A stretch of 64,000 bases of DNA from Candidatus Buchananbacteria bacterium. Its GTDB lineage: Bacteria > Patescibacteriota > Patescibacteriia > 2-01-FULL-39-33 > JBAYJR01. Below the pieces are notes generated by a model. It was not told the origin of the DNA. It worked only from the letters and a program-made list of their open reading frames with translations, and searched no databases. Below are positions 9,365 to 19,272 of the stretch, piece after piece (the stretch's first letter is position 1; each line of letters opens with the position of its first letter). The position numbers and the translations under genes are program-made. Location of the stretch: assembly GCA_041665005.1 (NCBI GenBank), contig JBAYJR010000005.1, forward strand, positions 16,312-80,311, read 5' to 3'.

Positions 9365-10366
9365 TTATTTGACCGCCAAAATGCTTCGTTTGTAGGCGTC
9401 TAAGTTTTCTAAAGCGATACCAGTGCCACGAACTACGCAAAGTAAGGGCTCGTCGGCAACATAAGCGGGTACGCCGGTAGCGTGAGAAACTAATTGATCA
9501 ATATTTCTCAATAAAGAAGAACCCCCAGACATAATCATGCCTTTATCAATAACATCGGCGGCTAATTCTGGTGGCGTGTTATGTAAAACATTTTTGACGG
9601 CATTAACAATCCCCTCTAGTTCATTCTGAATGGCTTCGGTGGCGTCGTTGGAAGAAACGGTAATGGTTCGCGGTAAGCCAGAAATTATATCGCGTCCTTT
9701 TACTTCCATGTATAATTTATCTTCTAAATAAACCGCCGAACCAACTGTAATTTTTATTTCTTCAGCCGTGCGTTCACCAATTGCTAACCCGTATTTACGT
9801 CTAATATGTTCAATAATTGCGGTATCAAATTTATTGCCGCCGATTCTAACCGAGGTGCTATTAACAATACCGCCCAAAGAAATTATAGCCACTTCGGAAG
9901 TGCCACCACCAATATCAATAATCATGTGCCCAGCGGCCGAACCAATGGGAATATTGGCGCCAATTGCCGCTACTACCGGTTCTTTGATAATATAAGCGGC
10001 TTTGGCTCCGGCCGCTAAAGTAGCGTCAATCACGGCGCGTTTTTCGGTTGAGGTAATGCCGGCCGGAACCGCCACCATTACTTCGGGCCGAAAGATTCTA
10101 ATCCCGCCCAGGGCTTTATTGATAAAATAGCGCATCATCGCTTCGGTGGTTTTATAATCGGCAATTACCCCGTCTTTAAGGGGTCGTCTAGCCACAATGG
10201 TGTCTGGAGTACGACCAATCATTTCTTTGGCTTCCCCGCCGACGGCTAAGATTTTTTTATCAATAGTAGAAATAGCCACTACCGATGGCTCATTGACGAC
10301 AATTCCTCTTTTGGGCACCCAAACCAGTACATTCGTGGTGCCTAAATCAATAGCAATTTTTTTCAT
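9365..10366 (-). CDS. mreB: rod-shape-determining actin homolog MreB
   Basis: MKKIAIDLGTTNVLVWV... with the actin/Hsp70 phosphate-1 and phosphate-2 motifs (DLGTTN, DIGGGTSE); 333 aa. Confidence 0.9.
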   Translation of the reverse strand: MKKIAIDLGTTNVLVWVPKRGIVVNEPSVVAISTIDKKILAVGGEAKEMIGRTPDTIVARRPLKDGVIADYKTTEAMMRYFINKALGGIRIFRPEVMVAVPAGITSTEKRAVIDATLAAGAKAAYIIKEPVVAAIGANIPIGSAAGHMIIDIGGGTSEVAIISLGGIVNSTSVRIGGNKFDTAIIEHIRRKYGLAIGERTAEEIKITVGSAVYLEDKLYMEVKGRDIISGLPRTITVSSNDATEAIQNELEGIVNAVKNVLHNTPPELAADVIDKGMIMSGGSSLLRNIDQLVSHATGVPAYVADEPLLCVVRGTGIALENLDAYKRSILAVK

Positions 10367-10440
10367 AAATATCTTTAAAAATAGGCTGTTTTGTAGTCAT
10401 CTTACAAAGTTTGTCGGTTTTTGTAAAGCCCTAGCAATTA

Positions 10441-11307
10441 TCAGTTTGGGTTGATATTTTGACGATAAAATTGGCTGGTGGGTTTTACAGTCTTGCCATA
10501 TTTGCCTAAATATTTTAGCCAATCAATAATGTGAATACGCGTGTAGCGTTGTTTTAAGCTTAGTAAACCAAAACTGTCGGCGGACTCGCGCCGATGCAGG
10601 TGAATAAATTTTGCTAAGGGATAAATCATTACGGCAAAACCATTTTCCCACAGTCGCCGACAAAGATCAATTTCTTGAAAATACAAAAAGAAACGTTCGT
10701 CGATTAAACCAATTTTTTCTAAACAACTTTTACGAATCATTACCGCTGAAGACATGGTCCAATCAACCGGATAAGGTTTTATACTGTTAGGTTGTAATAA
10801 ATTATATTTTGCTAACGCTTTTTTGCCCCAAGGAGTTTTGCCCAGTATGGTGCGACGGTAAGGCGGAATTAATAAATTAGGAAATTTAAAAACACTATTT
10901 TGTACAGTATGATCGGGGTTTAATAAATGCGGAGCGACTAAGCCAACTTGTGGGTTAGCTTCTAAATAATCGTAGAGCTGGTCAATGGAATTATCAAACA
11001 AAAAAATGTCTACATTGAACAAAACCACATACTTACCTTGGGCTTGTTTAAGGCCGGCATTGTTGCCTTTGACATAGCCGTAATTTTTGTCGTGATAAAT
11101 GACTTTAAGCGGCAAAGGTTGAGGTAATAAGCTATTTCGGGTTGCTGCCGTTAATTCCTGCAGTAGTTTTTTACTACCGTCGCTTGAGCCATTATCCACC
11201 ACAATCACCTCAAAAGAATGCTTGGGTGGGTGTTCGGCCAGGCTACGTAAAAAGTATTTTAATAAGCCTCGTTCGTTGTTGGTTAAAGTGATAATTGAAA
11301 GATCCAT
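10441..11307 (-). CDS. glycosyltransferase family 2
   Basis: GT-A fold with N-terminal VIVVDNGSSDGS and a DxD region. Confidence 0.7.
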   Translation of the reverse strand: MDLSIITLTNNERGLLKYFLRSLAEHPPKHSFEVIVVDNGSSDGSKKLLQELTAATRNSLLPQPLPLKVIYHDKNYGYVKGNNAGLKQAQGKYVVLFNVDIFLFDNSIDQLYDYLEANPQVGLVAPHLLNPDHTVQNSVFKFPNLLIPPYRRTILGKTPWGKKALAKYNLLQPNSIKPYPVDWTMSSAVMIRKSCLEKIGLIDERFFLYFQEIDLCRRLWENGFAVMIYPLAKFIHLHRRESADSFGLLSLKQRYTRIHIIDWLKYLGKYGKTVKPTSQFYRQNINPN

Positions 11308-11308
11308 A

Positions 11309-12334
11309 TTATTTAAACCATTTTTTTCTAAGTTCTTTAGGGGAAACAGTAGTGTAAATCATTTTTCTTTTTTTCAACGTCGGGCCAAGTTGTTTAATTA
11401 GCGCTGGCAAACAGGCCAAAGTTTTGGTTTCAAAAAATAATAAATAAAAAAACTTTTTTAGTTCATAAATTAAAATTGGTAGCCAGTCGGCGGTAAAGGT
11501 GGCTAAAGTTTCGTTTTTTAACAATAACAGCAAGTGATTTTTGTAAGAAAAATAATTACCAAACTTACGAGCTTTGCGTTCTCTGATTAATTCTTTTAAG
11601 CCGCGCCAAGAATAGCTAAAGTTTTTTTTGCTAGTGCGAAAATGATAAGCCACGGCCTCGGGAATAACCAGTGATGACCAACCGGCGCGGTGGAGTCGCC
11701 AACAAATATCAATATCTTCTTTATTGATTACAAAGTTTTCGTCAAAATATTCGCTGTGACCATTACTTAAAACCATTTTAACTCGTTCTAAAGCTTCACG
11801 GCGATAAAGTACCAAAGCGCCAGAAATTGCAAAAACTTCACAGGCTTTGTCGTATTGGCCAACATCTTCTTCGCCCGCTCCCCGCTCTTCAAAGTGCCGT
11901 TTACGACTGGCGCGAATACCCACCGTGTCAATCAAATTAGTTTTTTGGCTAATTCCCAATTCAGCATCTTGCCAAATTAAACGTAAAAGTTTACCGCTAA
12001 AAACAGCGTGCTGGGGATGGCTTTCAGCGGCGGCCATTAATTTAGCTAAAAAATCTGGTTCTAAGATAATATCCGGATTGGTTACCAAAACGTATTCAGT
12101 TTTTAGTAACTTAAAACCTTGGTTATGCGCTTTGGCGTAATAATTATTTTGATGATTGGTAAAAACCGTAACCTGCGGAAAGTTTTTCTTTATAAAATCA
12201 ACGGAATTATCTAAAGAATTATTATCAATAACCAAAACTTGAAAATCACGATAAGTTTGATTAAAAATTGAATCTAGGCAAAGCGGTAAATATTTTGCCG
12301 CGTTCCAGGTTACTAATTGAATGGTTAATTTCAT
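11309..12334 (-). CDS. glycosyltransferase family 2
   Basis: VLVIDNNSLDNS and a GT-A core. The start lies 1 nt downstream of the previous GT2 stop. Confidence 0.7.
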   Translation of the reverse strand: MKLTIQLVTWNAAKYLPLCLDSIFNQTYRDFQVLVIDNNSLDNSVDFIKKNFPQVTVFTNHQNNYYAKAHNQGFKLLKTEYVLVTNPDIILEPDFLAKLMAAAESHPQHAVFSGKLLRLIWQDAELGISQKTNLIDTVGIRASRKRHFEERGAGEEDVGQYDKACEVFAISGALVLYRREALERVKMVLSNGHSEYFDENFVINKEDIDICWRLHRAGWSSLVIPEAVAYHFRTSKKNFSYSWRGLKELIRERKARKFGNYFSYKNHLLLLLKNETLATFTADWLPILIYELKKFFYLLFFETKTLACLPALIKQLGPTLKKRKMIYTTVSPKELRKKWFK

Positions 12335-12337
12335 AAA

Positions 12338-13852
12338 TTAATTTACTTTTTTTTCGGTCACCCAAAAGCCTAAACGATATTTTCCGCCTAGCATTAGGCG
12401 GGTTTGGGCGTCGGTGGCTGGGATGGCGCCAAAAATTAATAAGGTTACTGGTACCACTATCCATTGTAGCATCATAGTAATATAATCATACCATTTGGTA
12501 TTTGGTTTGCGTGGTAATAAAAAAATATACAAACCGGTAATGACCATTAAACCCAACATGGAAAATTGCATTAATTTTTCTAAAGTATAGGGCGCGTTTT
12601 GTAATAACACTGTGGAACGAGCGGAATTATTGGCTACCCATAGTGGTAACCGGCCCAAGATAAAAATTAATAATGGTGCCGTGGCCCAAGAATAAACGCC
12701 TTCGGTTTGATTCCAAATGTAATAAATCTTTTTTAAAAAAGGAATTTTTTTATTACCATATTTACCCCAAAAATTTACTACCATAAACGGAAAATGTTCT
12801 ACCCCCCAGGCCCAACGTCGCATTTGTTTGTATTGGTTGAGGGCGCTGTGCCAAAATTTGCCAATGTAAACGGTGCACATAGAAACTGGAACATAAATTG
12901 GCACGACTGAATAATCACCGTCATAGCGCAATAAACCTTGCAAAAATAACCGAGAATCTTCGGTCACAATGGTTTTAGTATGCCAGCCAATATCTACTAA
13001 AGCGCGCCAGCTCATGGAATGCGAAGAAAAAGTAAATAGCCGTTCACTACGCGCCATATCGGTTAATAACCAAAAAGTGGTGGAAGAAGCGACCACGCGA
13101 ATAATGGGGTTGGATTGCCAAACATTGTTATTGTATAAAACTAGCGGTTGATAACTGCAACGGGTGGGATTGGGCACGGTTAAAAATTTATACATTAAGC
13201 AGGCAAAATATTGCGGATCTGGCCAAGTTTCAATATCAAAAAAAGAACAAATAATATTATCGTAAGGTAGTTGTAAGCGATCGATCATCTCTTGGGCGCG
13301 TTGATCTGCCCAGTGCATATTAGACCCCTTGCCCGGTAATTCTTCGGGTAAATTTTTAGGATGAACCGTGATTAAAAAACTAAAAAACTTGGAGGCAAAC
13401 TCGGCTTCAATTTTTTTAGCGAGTACTAAAAAATTTTCTTGATCCCGTTCTTCGCCGGCCAACACCACCATAAATTTATTCAGCGGATATTTAACCTCAC
13501 AGAGTTTAATAAAAGATTCGCGCACGACTTCATAAGGTTCTTTGTAAGTAGGATAAAAAACTAGATGATAGTAATTGGCTAAATTTTTGGGGCCGGATCG
13601 AGTTGGACCAAACTCAGTGTTTAATTTTTGCCACCAGTCAATTTTAAGATTTTTGCGATAATTAAACCAGGAATTAATAACATAAATTGATAAGTAGGCA
13701 ATCCGTAGCAACCAGTAAGTATCAAAAGCAATAATAAAATAGATGGTAGCTAGTGGGTAAATAAAAGAAAAAATAATTGCCAAACCCAAAGTTAACCAAA
13801 CGGCTAGACCGGGGACAGTTTCTAGTAAGCGATATTTTTTTTGATCAGTCAT
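12338..13852 (-). CDS. processive membrane GT2 (cellulose/chitin/hyaluronan-synthase-like) with QxxRW motif
   Basis: Multi-TM protein with TEDSRL (a TED-like motif) and QMRRW (QxxRW) in a cytoplasmic GT-A domain. Confidence 0.6.
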   Translation of the reverse strand: MTDQKKYRLLETVPGLAVWLTLGLAIIFSFIYPLATIYFIIAFDTYWLLRIAYLSIYVINSWFNYRKNLKIDWWQKLNTEFGPTRSGPKNLANYYHLVFYPTYKEPYEVVRESFIKLCEVKYPLNKFMVVLAGEERDQENFLVLAKKIEAEFASKFFSFLITVHPKNLPEELPGKGSNMHWADQRAQEMIDRLQLPYDNIICSFFDIETWPDPQYFACLMYKFLTVPNPTRCSYQPLVLYNNNVWQSNPIIRVVASSTTFWLLTDMARSERLFTFSSHSMSWRALVDIGWHTKTIVTEDSRLFLQGLLRYDGDYSVVPIYVPVSMCTVYIGKFWHSALNQYKQMRRWAWGVEHFPFMVVNFWGKYGNKKIPFLKKIYYIWNQTEGVYSWATAPLLIFILGRLPLWVANNSARSTVLLQNAPYTLEKLMQFSMLGLMVITGLYIFLLPRKPNTKWYDYITMMLQWIVVPVTLLIFGAIPATDAQTRLMLGGKYRLGFWVTEKKVN

Positions 13853-13894
13853 AAAAAGCTAAGCGGTTTAATTAGGAACGCGTGGTTATTAAAA

Positions 13895-15490
13895 TTAAAT
13901 TAAGGATCGCCCGGTCATTTCTGGCGGTTGTTGTAAGCCCATGATTTTTAAAATAGTCGGGGCTACATCAGATAAGACGCCAATTGGTTTAATTAAACTT
14001 AAGTCATTACCAATGCTATCGCTAAGTCCGGCTGTTTGCCCAAGCCAGTGTTGACCAACGATGATTAAGGGCACGGGATAAGTGGAATGTTCTTTGTCTA
14101 TTTGATTGGTCTGTAAATTGACCAACTCTTCGGCATTACCATGATCGGCAGTAACGATTAAAACCCCTTCTTTGGCTAAAACAGCTTCTTGTAGCCTTTT
14201 TAGGCACAAATCTATGGTTTCTACGGCTTTAATGGTGGCTTTAATGTTTGCTGTGTGGGCAACCATATCGGCATTGGCAAAGTTTAGCACAATAAAGTCA
14301 TACTTGTCAGCTAAAATAGCCTCTACTGTTTGTTTAGTAATTTCTTTGGCAGACATTTCTGGTTTTTGGTTGTAACTGGCCACTCGAGGCGAAGGAACTA
14401 AAATGCGGTCTTCCCCGGTAAATTTTTCTTCTTTACCGCCGTTAAAAAAGTAAGTAACATGCGCATATTTTTCGGTTTCGGCAATATGCAGTTGTTTAAG
14501 CCCGGCTTCGGCGATTACTTCGGCCAAAGTTTTGTTGATAGCTTCTGGCGGTAGCGCTACTTGAATTGGTAAATCTTTATCATATTCGGTCATGGTAACA
14601 AAAGTTAGGTTTGGTAAATAAGTTCGGGGAAATTTATCAAAGCCAGGTAAAACAAAAGCTTTGGTTAATTGTCGGGCGCGATCGGCGCGATAGTTGAAGA
14701 AAATAATGGAATCTTTCTCCCCCACCGTAGCGGTTGGTTTATTTTTTTCAGTAATGACGACGGGTAAAAATTCTTCGTCATAAATTTTTTTAGCATAAGA
14801 ACTTTCAATTGCCGCCACGGGATCCGAAAAATATTCTGTGCTTTTGCCTTCGGCAATTGCTTGATAAGCCAAAACCAATCTTTCCCAATGATTGTCTCGG
14901 TCCATGGCATAGTAGCGACCAGAAATAGTGGCAATTTTTCCTAATTTTAGTTCTTTACATTTGGCTAAAATTTTTTTAATAAAATCTAAACCCGAATTAT
15001 ATTGGGAATCCCGACCGTCTAAAAAAGCATGAATATAAACTTCTTTAAATTTTTCTTTTTTGCATAGTTCTAATAAAGCGAATAAATGTTCTAAAGAACT
15101 ATGAACATTGCCGTTGGAAGCTAAGCCGAGTATATGTAATTTACTTTGGTTGGCTTTGGCGTTTTTAACAGCGGCTAATAATGCGGGATTAAGAAAAAAT
15201 GAACCATCTTGAATGGTCTTATTTATCAAAGGTAAGTTTTGATAGATCAGCCGGCCGGAACCCAAGTTTAAATGGCCGACTTCGGAATTACCAATTTCTC
15301 CCCAAGACAAACCAACATTTTCACCCGAAGCTAAAATGGTCATGGCTGGATAATTGCTAATTAACGAATTAAAGGTTGGTAGTTTGGCCAAACTAATGAC
15401 ATTGGAAGAGGCCGGCGGGGCTACTCCCCAGCCGTCTAAAATAGCCAAAACTACTGGCTTGGGTCGGTTAATTTTTGGTTGTTCAGACAT
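13895..15490 (-). CDS. gpmI: 2,3-bisphosphoglycerate-independent phosphoglycerate mutase (iPGM), copy 1
   Basis: AILDGWG metal site and the phospho-Ser motif ILASGENVGL; alkaline-phosphatase-like core. The likely true start is ATG 15488-15490 (MSEQPK...). The track ORF runs further to 15568 only because the frame stays open into the neighbouring gene. Confidence 0.85.
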   Translation of the reverse strand: MSEQPKINRPKPVVLAILDGWGVAPPASSNVISLAKLPTFNSLISNYPAMTILASGENVGLSWGEIGNSEVGHLNLGSGRLIYQNLPLINKTIQDGSFFLNPALLAAVKNAKANQSKLHILGLASNGNVHSSLEHLFALLELCKKEKFKEVYIHAFLDGRDSQYNSGLDFIKKILAKCKELKLGKIATISGRYYAMDRDNHWERLVLAYQAIAEGKSTEYFSDPVAAIESSYAKKIYDEEFLPVVITEKNKPTATVGEKDSIIFFNYRADRARQLTKAFVLPGFDKFPRTYLPNLTFVTMTEYDKDLPIQVALPPEAINKTLAEVIAEAGLKQLHIAETEKYAHVTYFFNGGKEEKFTGEDRILVPSPRVASYNQKPEMSAKEITKQTVEAILADKYDFIVLNFANADMVAHTANIKATIKAVETIDLCLKRLQEAVLAKEGVLIVTADHGNAEELVNLQTNQIDKEHSTYPVPLIIVGQHWLGQTAGLSDSIGNDLSLIKPIGVLSDVAPTILKIMGLQQPPEMTGRSLI

Positions 15491-15492
15491 AA

Positions 15493-17067
15493 TTAGATTA
15501 AGGATTTGCCGGTCATTTCTTTGGGAATTGGCAATTGATAAAGTTTTAAAATAGTTGGTGCAATACAAGCTAGAGTTAACAAGGGTTGAACCGGTTTAAT
15601 TTTTTGACCTTTAAATTTTTTGTTTACAATTACTACCGGCACCGGAAAGGAAGAATGCTGGGTGTCGTTTTCGTTAGTTTTTAATTTAATCATTTCTTCG
15701 GCATTGCCGTGGTCAGCGGTAATAATCACCGTGCCATTTTTTTGCAAAACTGCGGCCACTAATTTTTTTAATTCTTGGTCAACCACCTTGATGGCTTTAA
15801 TAGTAGCTTCCAGGTTTCCAGTGTGACCAACCATATCAGCGTTGGCATAATTGATTGTAAAAAAATCAAATTCGTTTTGGCGAATGGCCTTCAGAACTCT
15901 TTGGGTAATTTTTTTAGCGGACATTTGTGGTTTTTGATCGTAAGAAATTACGTTGGGTGAGGGAATTAAAATACGCTTTTCGCCGTTAACCGGATTAGCA
16001 TAGCCGCCATTAAAAAAATAAGTAACATGAGCGTATTTTTCGTTTTCGGCGATGTATAGCTGTCTAATTTTAGCTAGTTCTATTGGCAAAGTGTGTTTAA
16101 CGTCAATACTAGGAAAAGCTGACAAAATAGAATCTAAATCGGGACCAAAATCAGTTAAGGCTACAAAACATAAGTTTTTTAAAACTTTTTTGCGTTTAAA
16201 ACTGCCGGGATTTAGTTGATTAAAATCTGGCTGGATAAAAGCTTTAGTTAATTGTCGGGCGCGGTCAGAGCGAAGATTAAAAAAAATAACGGCGTCATTA
16301 TCGCTGAGGCGAGGAACAGGCTTGTTGTTGTTAAATAAAACATAGGGCGGAATAAATTCGTCAGAAATTCCTTGATTGTAGCTTTGAGTAATGGCCGCTT
16401 GAGGGCTTCGCGCTACCAAGCCTTCGCCTAAAACTAAAGCATTGTAAGCTAATTCAGTCCGGGACCAGATTTTTTTACGATCCATACCATAAAAGCGACC
16501 CATAATTGTTCCGACCAATTCTTGATTATTCAAAGAACGCAATAGCGCTTCTAAGTATTGCAATGAAGAAAATTTTGGCGAATCACGGCCGTCGGTAAAT
16601 AAATGTAAATATACTTTATCTATTTTTTTTAATCGTGCCCAAGTTAGTAAAGCTAGTAAATGATCCGGGTCCACATGACCACTTTGAACGCCAGAAAGCA
16701 TTCCTAATAAGTGCAAAGCCGAATGATTTTTTTTAACGTGTTGATAAGCGCTTTCAAAGGCTTGATTTTTAAAAAAACTGCCGTCATTAATATCTTCCGA
16801 AATTCTAACCGAATCTTGCAAAACTACGCGGCCCGCACCAATATTAAGGTGTCCCGCTTCAGAATTACCGTCTTGAGTAGGTGGTAAACCAACACAACGG
16901 CCCGAGGCACATAATTCGGTATAAGGATAATTTTTAGTTAAAGATTCAAAGAATCTTGGTTTAGCCAAAGTAATAGCGTTACCGATATTAGGTTTAGCTA
17001 AGCCAAAACCATCTAAGACAACTAAAACCACCAGAGGCGGTTTAGCGGCAGATATTTTTTTGATCAT
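15493..17067 (-). CDS. gpmI: 2,3-bisphosphoglycerate-independent phosphoglycerate mutase (iPGM), divergent tandem paralog
   Basis: VVLDGFG and LCASGRCVGL are retained. About 40% identical to copy 1. The track start at 17088 is a TTG; the likely true start is ATG 17065-17067 (MIKKIS...). Confidence 0.8.
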   Translation of the reverse strand: MIKKISAAKPPLVVLVVLDGFGLAKPNIGNAITLAKPRFFESLTKNYPYTELCASGRCVGLPPTQDGNSEAGHLNIGAGRVVLQDSVRISEDINDGSFFKNQAFESAYQHVKKNHSALHLLGMLSGVQSGHVDPDHLLALLTWARLKKIDKVYLHLFTDGRDSPKFSSLQYLEALLRSLNNQELVGTIMGRFYGMDRKKIWSRTELAYNALVLGEGLVARSPQAAITQSYNQGISDEFIPPYVLFNNNKPVPRLSDNDAVIFFNLRSDRARQLTKAFIQPDFNQLNPGSFKRKKVLKNLCFVALTDFGPDLDSILSAFPSIDVKHTLPIELAKIRQLYIAENEKYAHVTYFFNGGYANPVNGEKRILIPSPNVISYDQKPQMSAKKITQRVLKAIRQNEFDFFTINYANADMVGHTGNLEATIKAIKVVDQELKKLVAAVLQKNGTVIITADHGNAEEMIKLKTNENDTQHSSFPVPVVIVNKKFKGQKIKPVQPLLTLACIAPTILKLYQLPIPKEMTGKSLI

Positions 17068-17175
17068 AAATAATAGCAAAGCAAACAAATTATAAGGTTA
17101 ATTATAATATAATTTGAGTTTTTTTTCAAATGGGTCGTAAGGTTAGGTATAAACTATTGAAACACTACAAATACT

Positions 17176-17203
17176 TGACAAATTATTATTTTTTTGTTAT
17201 ATT
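17176..17203 (+). promoter_or_regulatory. sigma70-like promoter TTGACA-17-TATATT
   Basis: TTGACA at 17175-17180 and TATATT at 17198-17203, followed by AAGGAGG 8 nt before ATG 17251. Confidence 0.4.
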
Positions 17204-17250
17204 GACATGAAATTAATATTCATTAATTTTAACAAACAAGGAGGCATTCA

Positions 17251-17502
17251 ATGGCAATCAGTAAAAAAGAAGCTTTGGCTAAGTTAACGCCAAAGCAACA
17301 AGAAGTATTTAATGAAATAGAAATAAAAATTGACCAAGCTCTGCGTGAGAAGTATGTCGAGGGCGGAGAAGTCGTAGTTTGTTTAGAAACTCAACCCGAA
17401 AAAAGAATTCAGAGTGAAATAGTTAAAAGGTATAAAGCGGTAGGATGGGAGAATGTTTTATTGCGTCGTGACCGAGATGGATTTTATGTAACTATTGGAT
17501 AG
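17251..17502 (+). CDS. small hypothetical protein (83 aa) expressed as a stand-alone unit
   Basis: Strong SD, its own promoter and its own terminator. It is the only plus-strand gene in a ~45-kb minus-strand block. Confidence 0.5.
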   Translation: MAISKKEALAKLTPKQQEVFNEIEIKIDQALREKYVEGGEVVVCLETQPEKRIQSEIVKRYKAVGWENVLLRRDRDGFYVTIG

Positions 17503-17516
17503 TATAATAATTTCAA

Positions 17517-17546
17517 AGAGCGTAAGTAATTACGCTCTTTTTTTCT
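17517..17546. terminator. rho-independent terminator
   Basis: Hairpin AGAGCGTAA-gtaa-TTACGCTCT followed by TTTTTTTC. Confidence 0.5.
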
Positions 17547-17562
17547 TGCCAGAAATTTTAGG

Positions 17563-18774
17563 TTAGTCAATAATGGTATTGGTTTCGGGAGTTTCGGCTA
17601 CTTGTAGTTCTGACATTTTTTGGCGACGGAAAAAAACAATGCCAAAAGCAATTAACATTAAAAAAGTGGTTAGCCAAAATGGCGCCGCGGTTTTTAAAGA
17701 AAATAGTTGCCCAGAAATTAAGGGGCCAACAATCATTCCTAAGGACATAATGGAGCTCATTACTCCCATTACTTCCCCTCTTTGATTTAACGGCGCCGTG
17801 CCAGCCGCTTGACTAGTTAGAATTACCCGCAGAACTGATTGACCAAAAACATTTAAAATCATGGCCAGGGCTAAAGTTATAAGCAGTGGCCAGCTAAACA
17901 AAAAGAAAGCTACGGCCATGGCTAAAAATAACCATAATTGCAAGGTTGGTTCGGAAAAATATTTTAACCAAAAATGCTTTAAGCCAATCCCCTGGTTTAA
18001 GGCAATTCCTAAACCTACTCCGGCCATAATCCAGCCGGTACCAGCGGTGCCGATGTTAAAAATCTTTAATAAATACAAGGCCATGATTGATTGCTGAATG
18101 GCAATAGCGACACTAAATAAAAACCAAATAGAAAATAAAGGTTTTAATTGTTGATTTTGCCAAGCCTTTATTAGTGGCCGTAAAGGCTGAATTTGTTGAC
18201 GCCAATTATTCGTTGCTAAATTTTTAGTTTGATTAGTTTCGGGAAAGAAAAAATAAACGGAAATTAAATTAATTGTTGATAAAGCAAAAGCAAACCAAAA
18301 CGGCGCATGCGGATGAGCCGCCCCCAAAAGGCCACCGATGGCTGGGCCAATAATAAAACCAATACCAAAAACTGCCCCCATTAAACCTAAATTATGCGTG
18401 CGTTCTTGAGGGGTTTTAGCCAGATCGGTCATAGCGCTATGAGCGGTAGAAATGTTTCCCGCCGCTAAACCGTCTACAATGCGTCCAATAAATAGCCAAA
18501 TCATTGTTGGGGCTAAAGAAAAAATTAACCAACCGACGGCCGAAGAAAAAATACTAATTAATAAAATCGGCCGACGACCATAACGGTCAGACAAAACTCC
18601 TAAAACTGGCGTGGAAAAGAAAGCACAAAAAGAAAAGACGGCAAAGAGCAAAGTTAGAATTGCCGGAGTAACGCCAAAATTTAAGACATAACTGGGTAAA
18701 GAAGGTATAACAATGCCAATACCAATAACATCTACTAAGGCGGTAATAAGTAGGGTTATTTTTTCTTTGGACAT
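17563..18774 (-). CDS. MFS transporter (drug:H+ antiporter-like)
   Basis: 12-TM hydropathy pattern and the MFS signature GVLSDRYGRRP between TM2 and TM3. Confidence 0.75.
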   Translation of the reverse strand: MSKEKITLLITALVDVIGIGIVIPSLPSYVLNFGVTPAILTLLFAVFSFCAFFSTPVLGVLSDRYGRRPILLISIFSSAVGWLIFSLAPTMIWLFIGRIVDGLAAGNISTAHSAMTDLAKTPQERTHNLGLMGAVFGIGFIIGPAIGGLLGAAHPHAPFWFAFALSTINLISVYFFFPETNQTKNLATNNWRQQIQPLRPLIKAWQNQQLKPLFSIWFLFSVAIAIQQSIMALYLLKIFNIGTAGTGWIMAGVGLGIALNQGIGLKHFWLKYFSEPTLQLWLFLAMAVAFFLFSWPLLITLALAMILNVFGQSVLRVILTSQAAGTAPLNQRGEVMGVMSSIMSLGMIVGPLISGQLFSLKTAAPFWLTTFLMLIAFGIVFFRRQKMSELQVAETPETNTIID

Positions 18775-18860
18775 AATAAAAAGATAAAACGTAACTAAAG
18801 AAAGTGCAGATAGTAATTATCTGCGCTTTCTGATCCTTTTGTCAAAGCTTTAGGGTTTAT

Positions 18861-19250
18861 TTATGTTTTAGATGATTTTATCTTTTGGATGATAACTTTT
18901 ATTCCCCAACCTAGAACTAAGCCGATTATTATTAAAATTATTTCTATTTTTAGTTCTTGCCAAGCACCTATTAATACACTAAAAAACAATATAGGTAAAA
19001 ATATACCAAAACAAAATGTTTTCCAGGGCTTTTTTAATAAAATATGGCATAAAAAACTAAAAATTAGATAATACGACAAAAAGAAGCCTTCAAAATATTC
19101 AGGATGACTAGGACCCCAAAAGGTATTAGTAATTGGCCCAAATTTAATATAATATAATTTGCCAAAAAATGGCATTAGTATAACTGTCAAGATAAAAGTT
19201 GTAATCCATAACCACAAAATATTATTTTTTGAATTTTTTACTTCTTCCAT
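18861..19250 (-). CDS. small hypothetical membrane protein
   Basis: 129 aa with 3-4 predicted TM helices. No recognisable motif. Confidence 0.35.
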   Translation of the reverse strand: MEEVKNSKNNILWLWITTFILTVILMPFFGKLYYIKFGPITNTFWGPSHPEYFEGFFLSYYLIFSFLCHILLKKPWKTFCFGIFLPILFFSVLIGAWQELKIEIILIIIGLVLGWGIKVIIQKIKSSKT

Positions 19251-19272
19251 AAATTTTTATTATTTTTTTAAT

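Noticed and set aside
15491-15568. ORF-track N-terminal extension of gpmI copy 1 (MYCTNYFKTLSIANSQRNDRQILNLI...) overlapping the upstream gpmI by 76 nt.
   Set aside because: An ATG at 15488-15490 gives the conserved iPGM N-terminus (MSEQPK...VVLAILDGWG) directly after the upstream stop. The extension is just an open frame.
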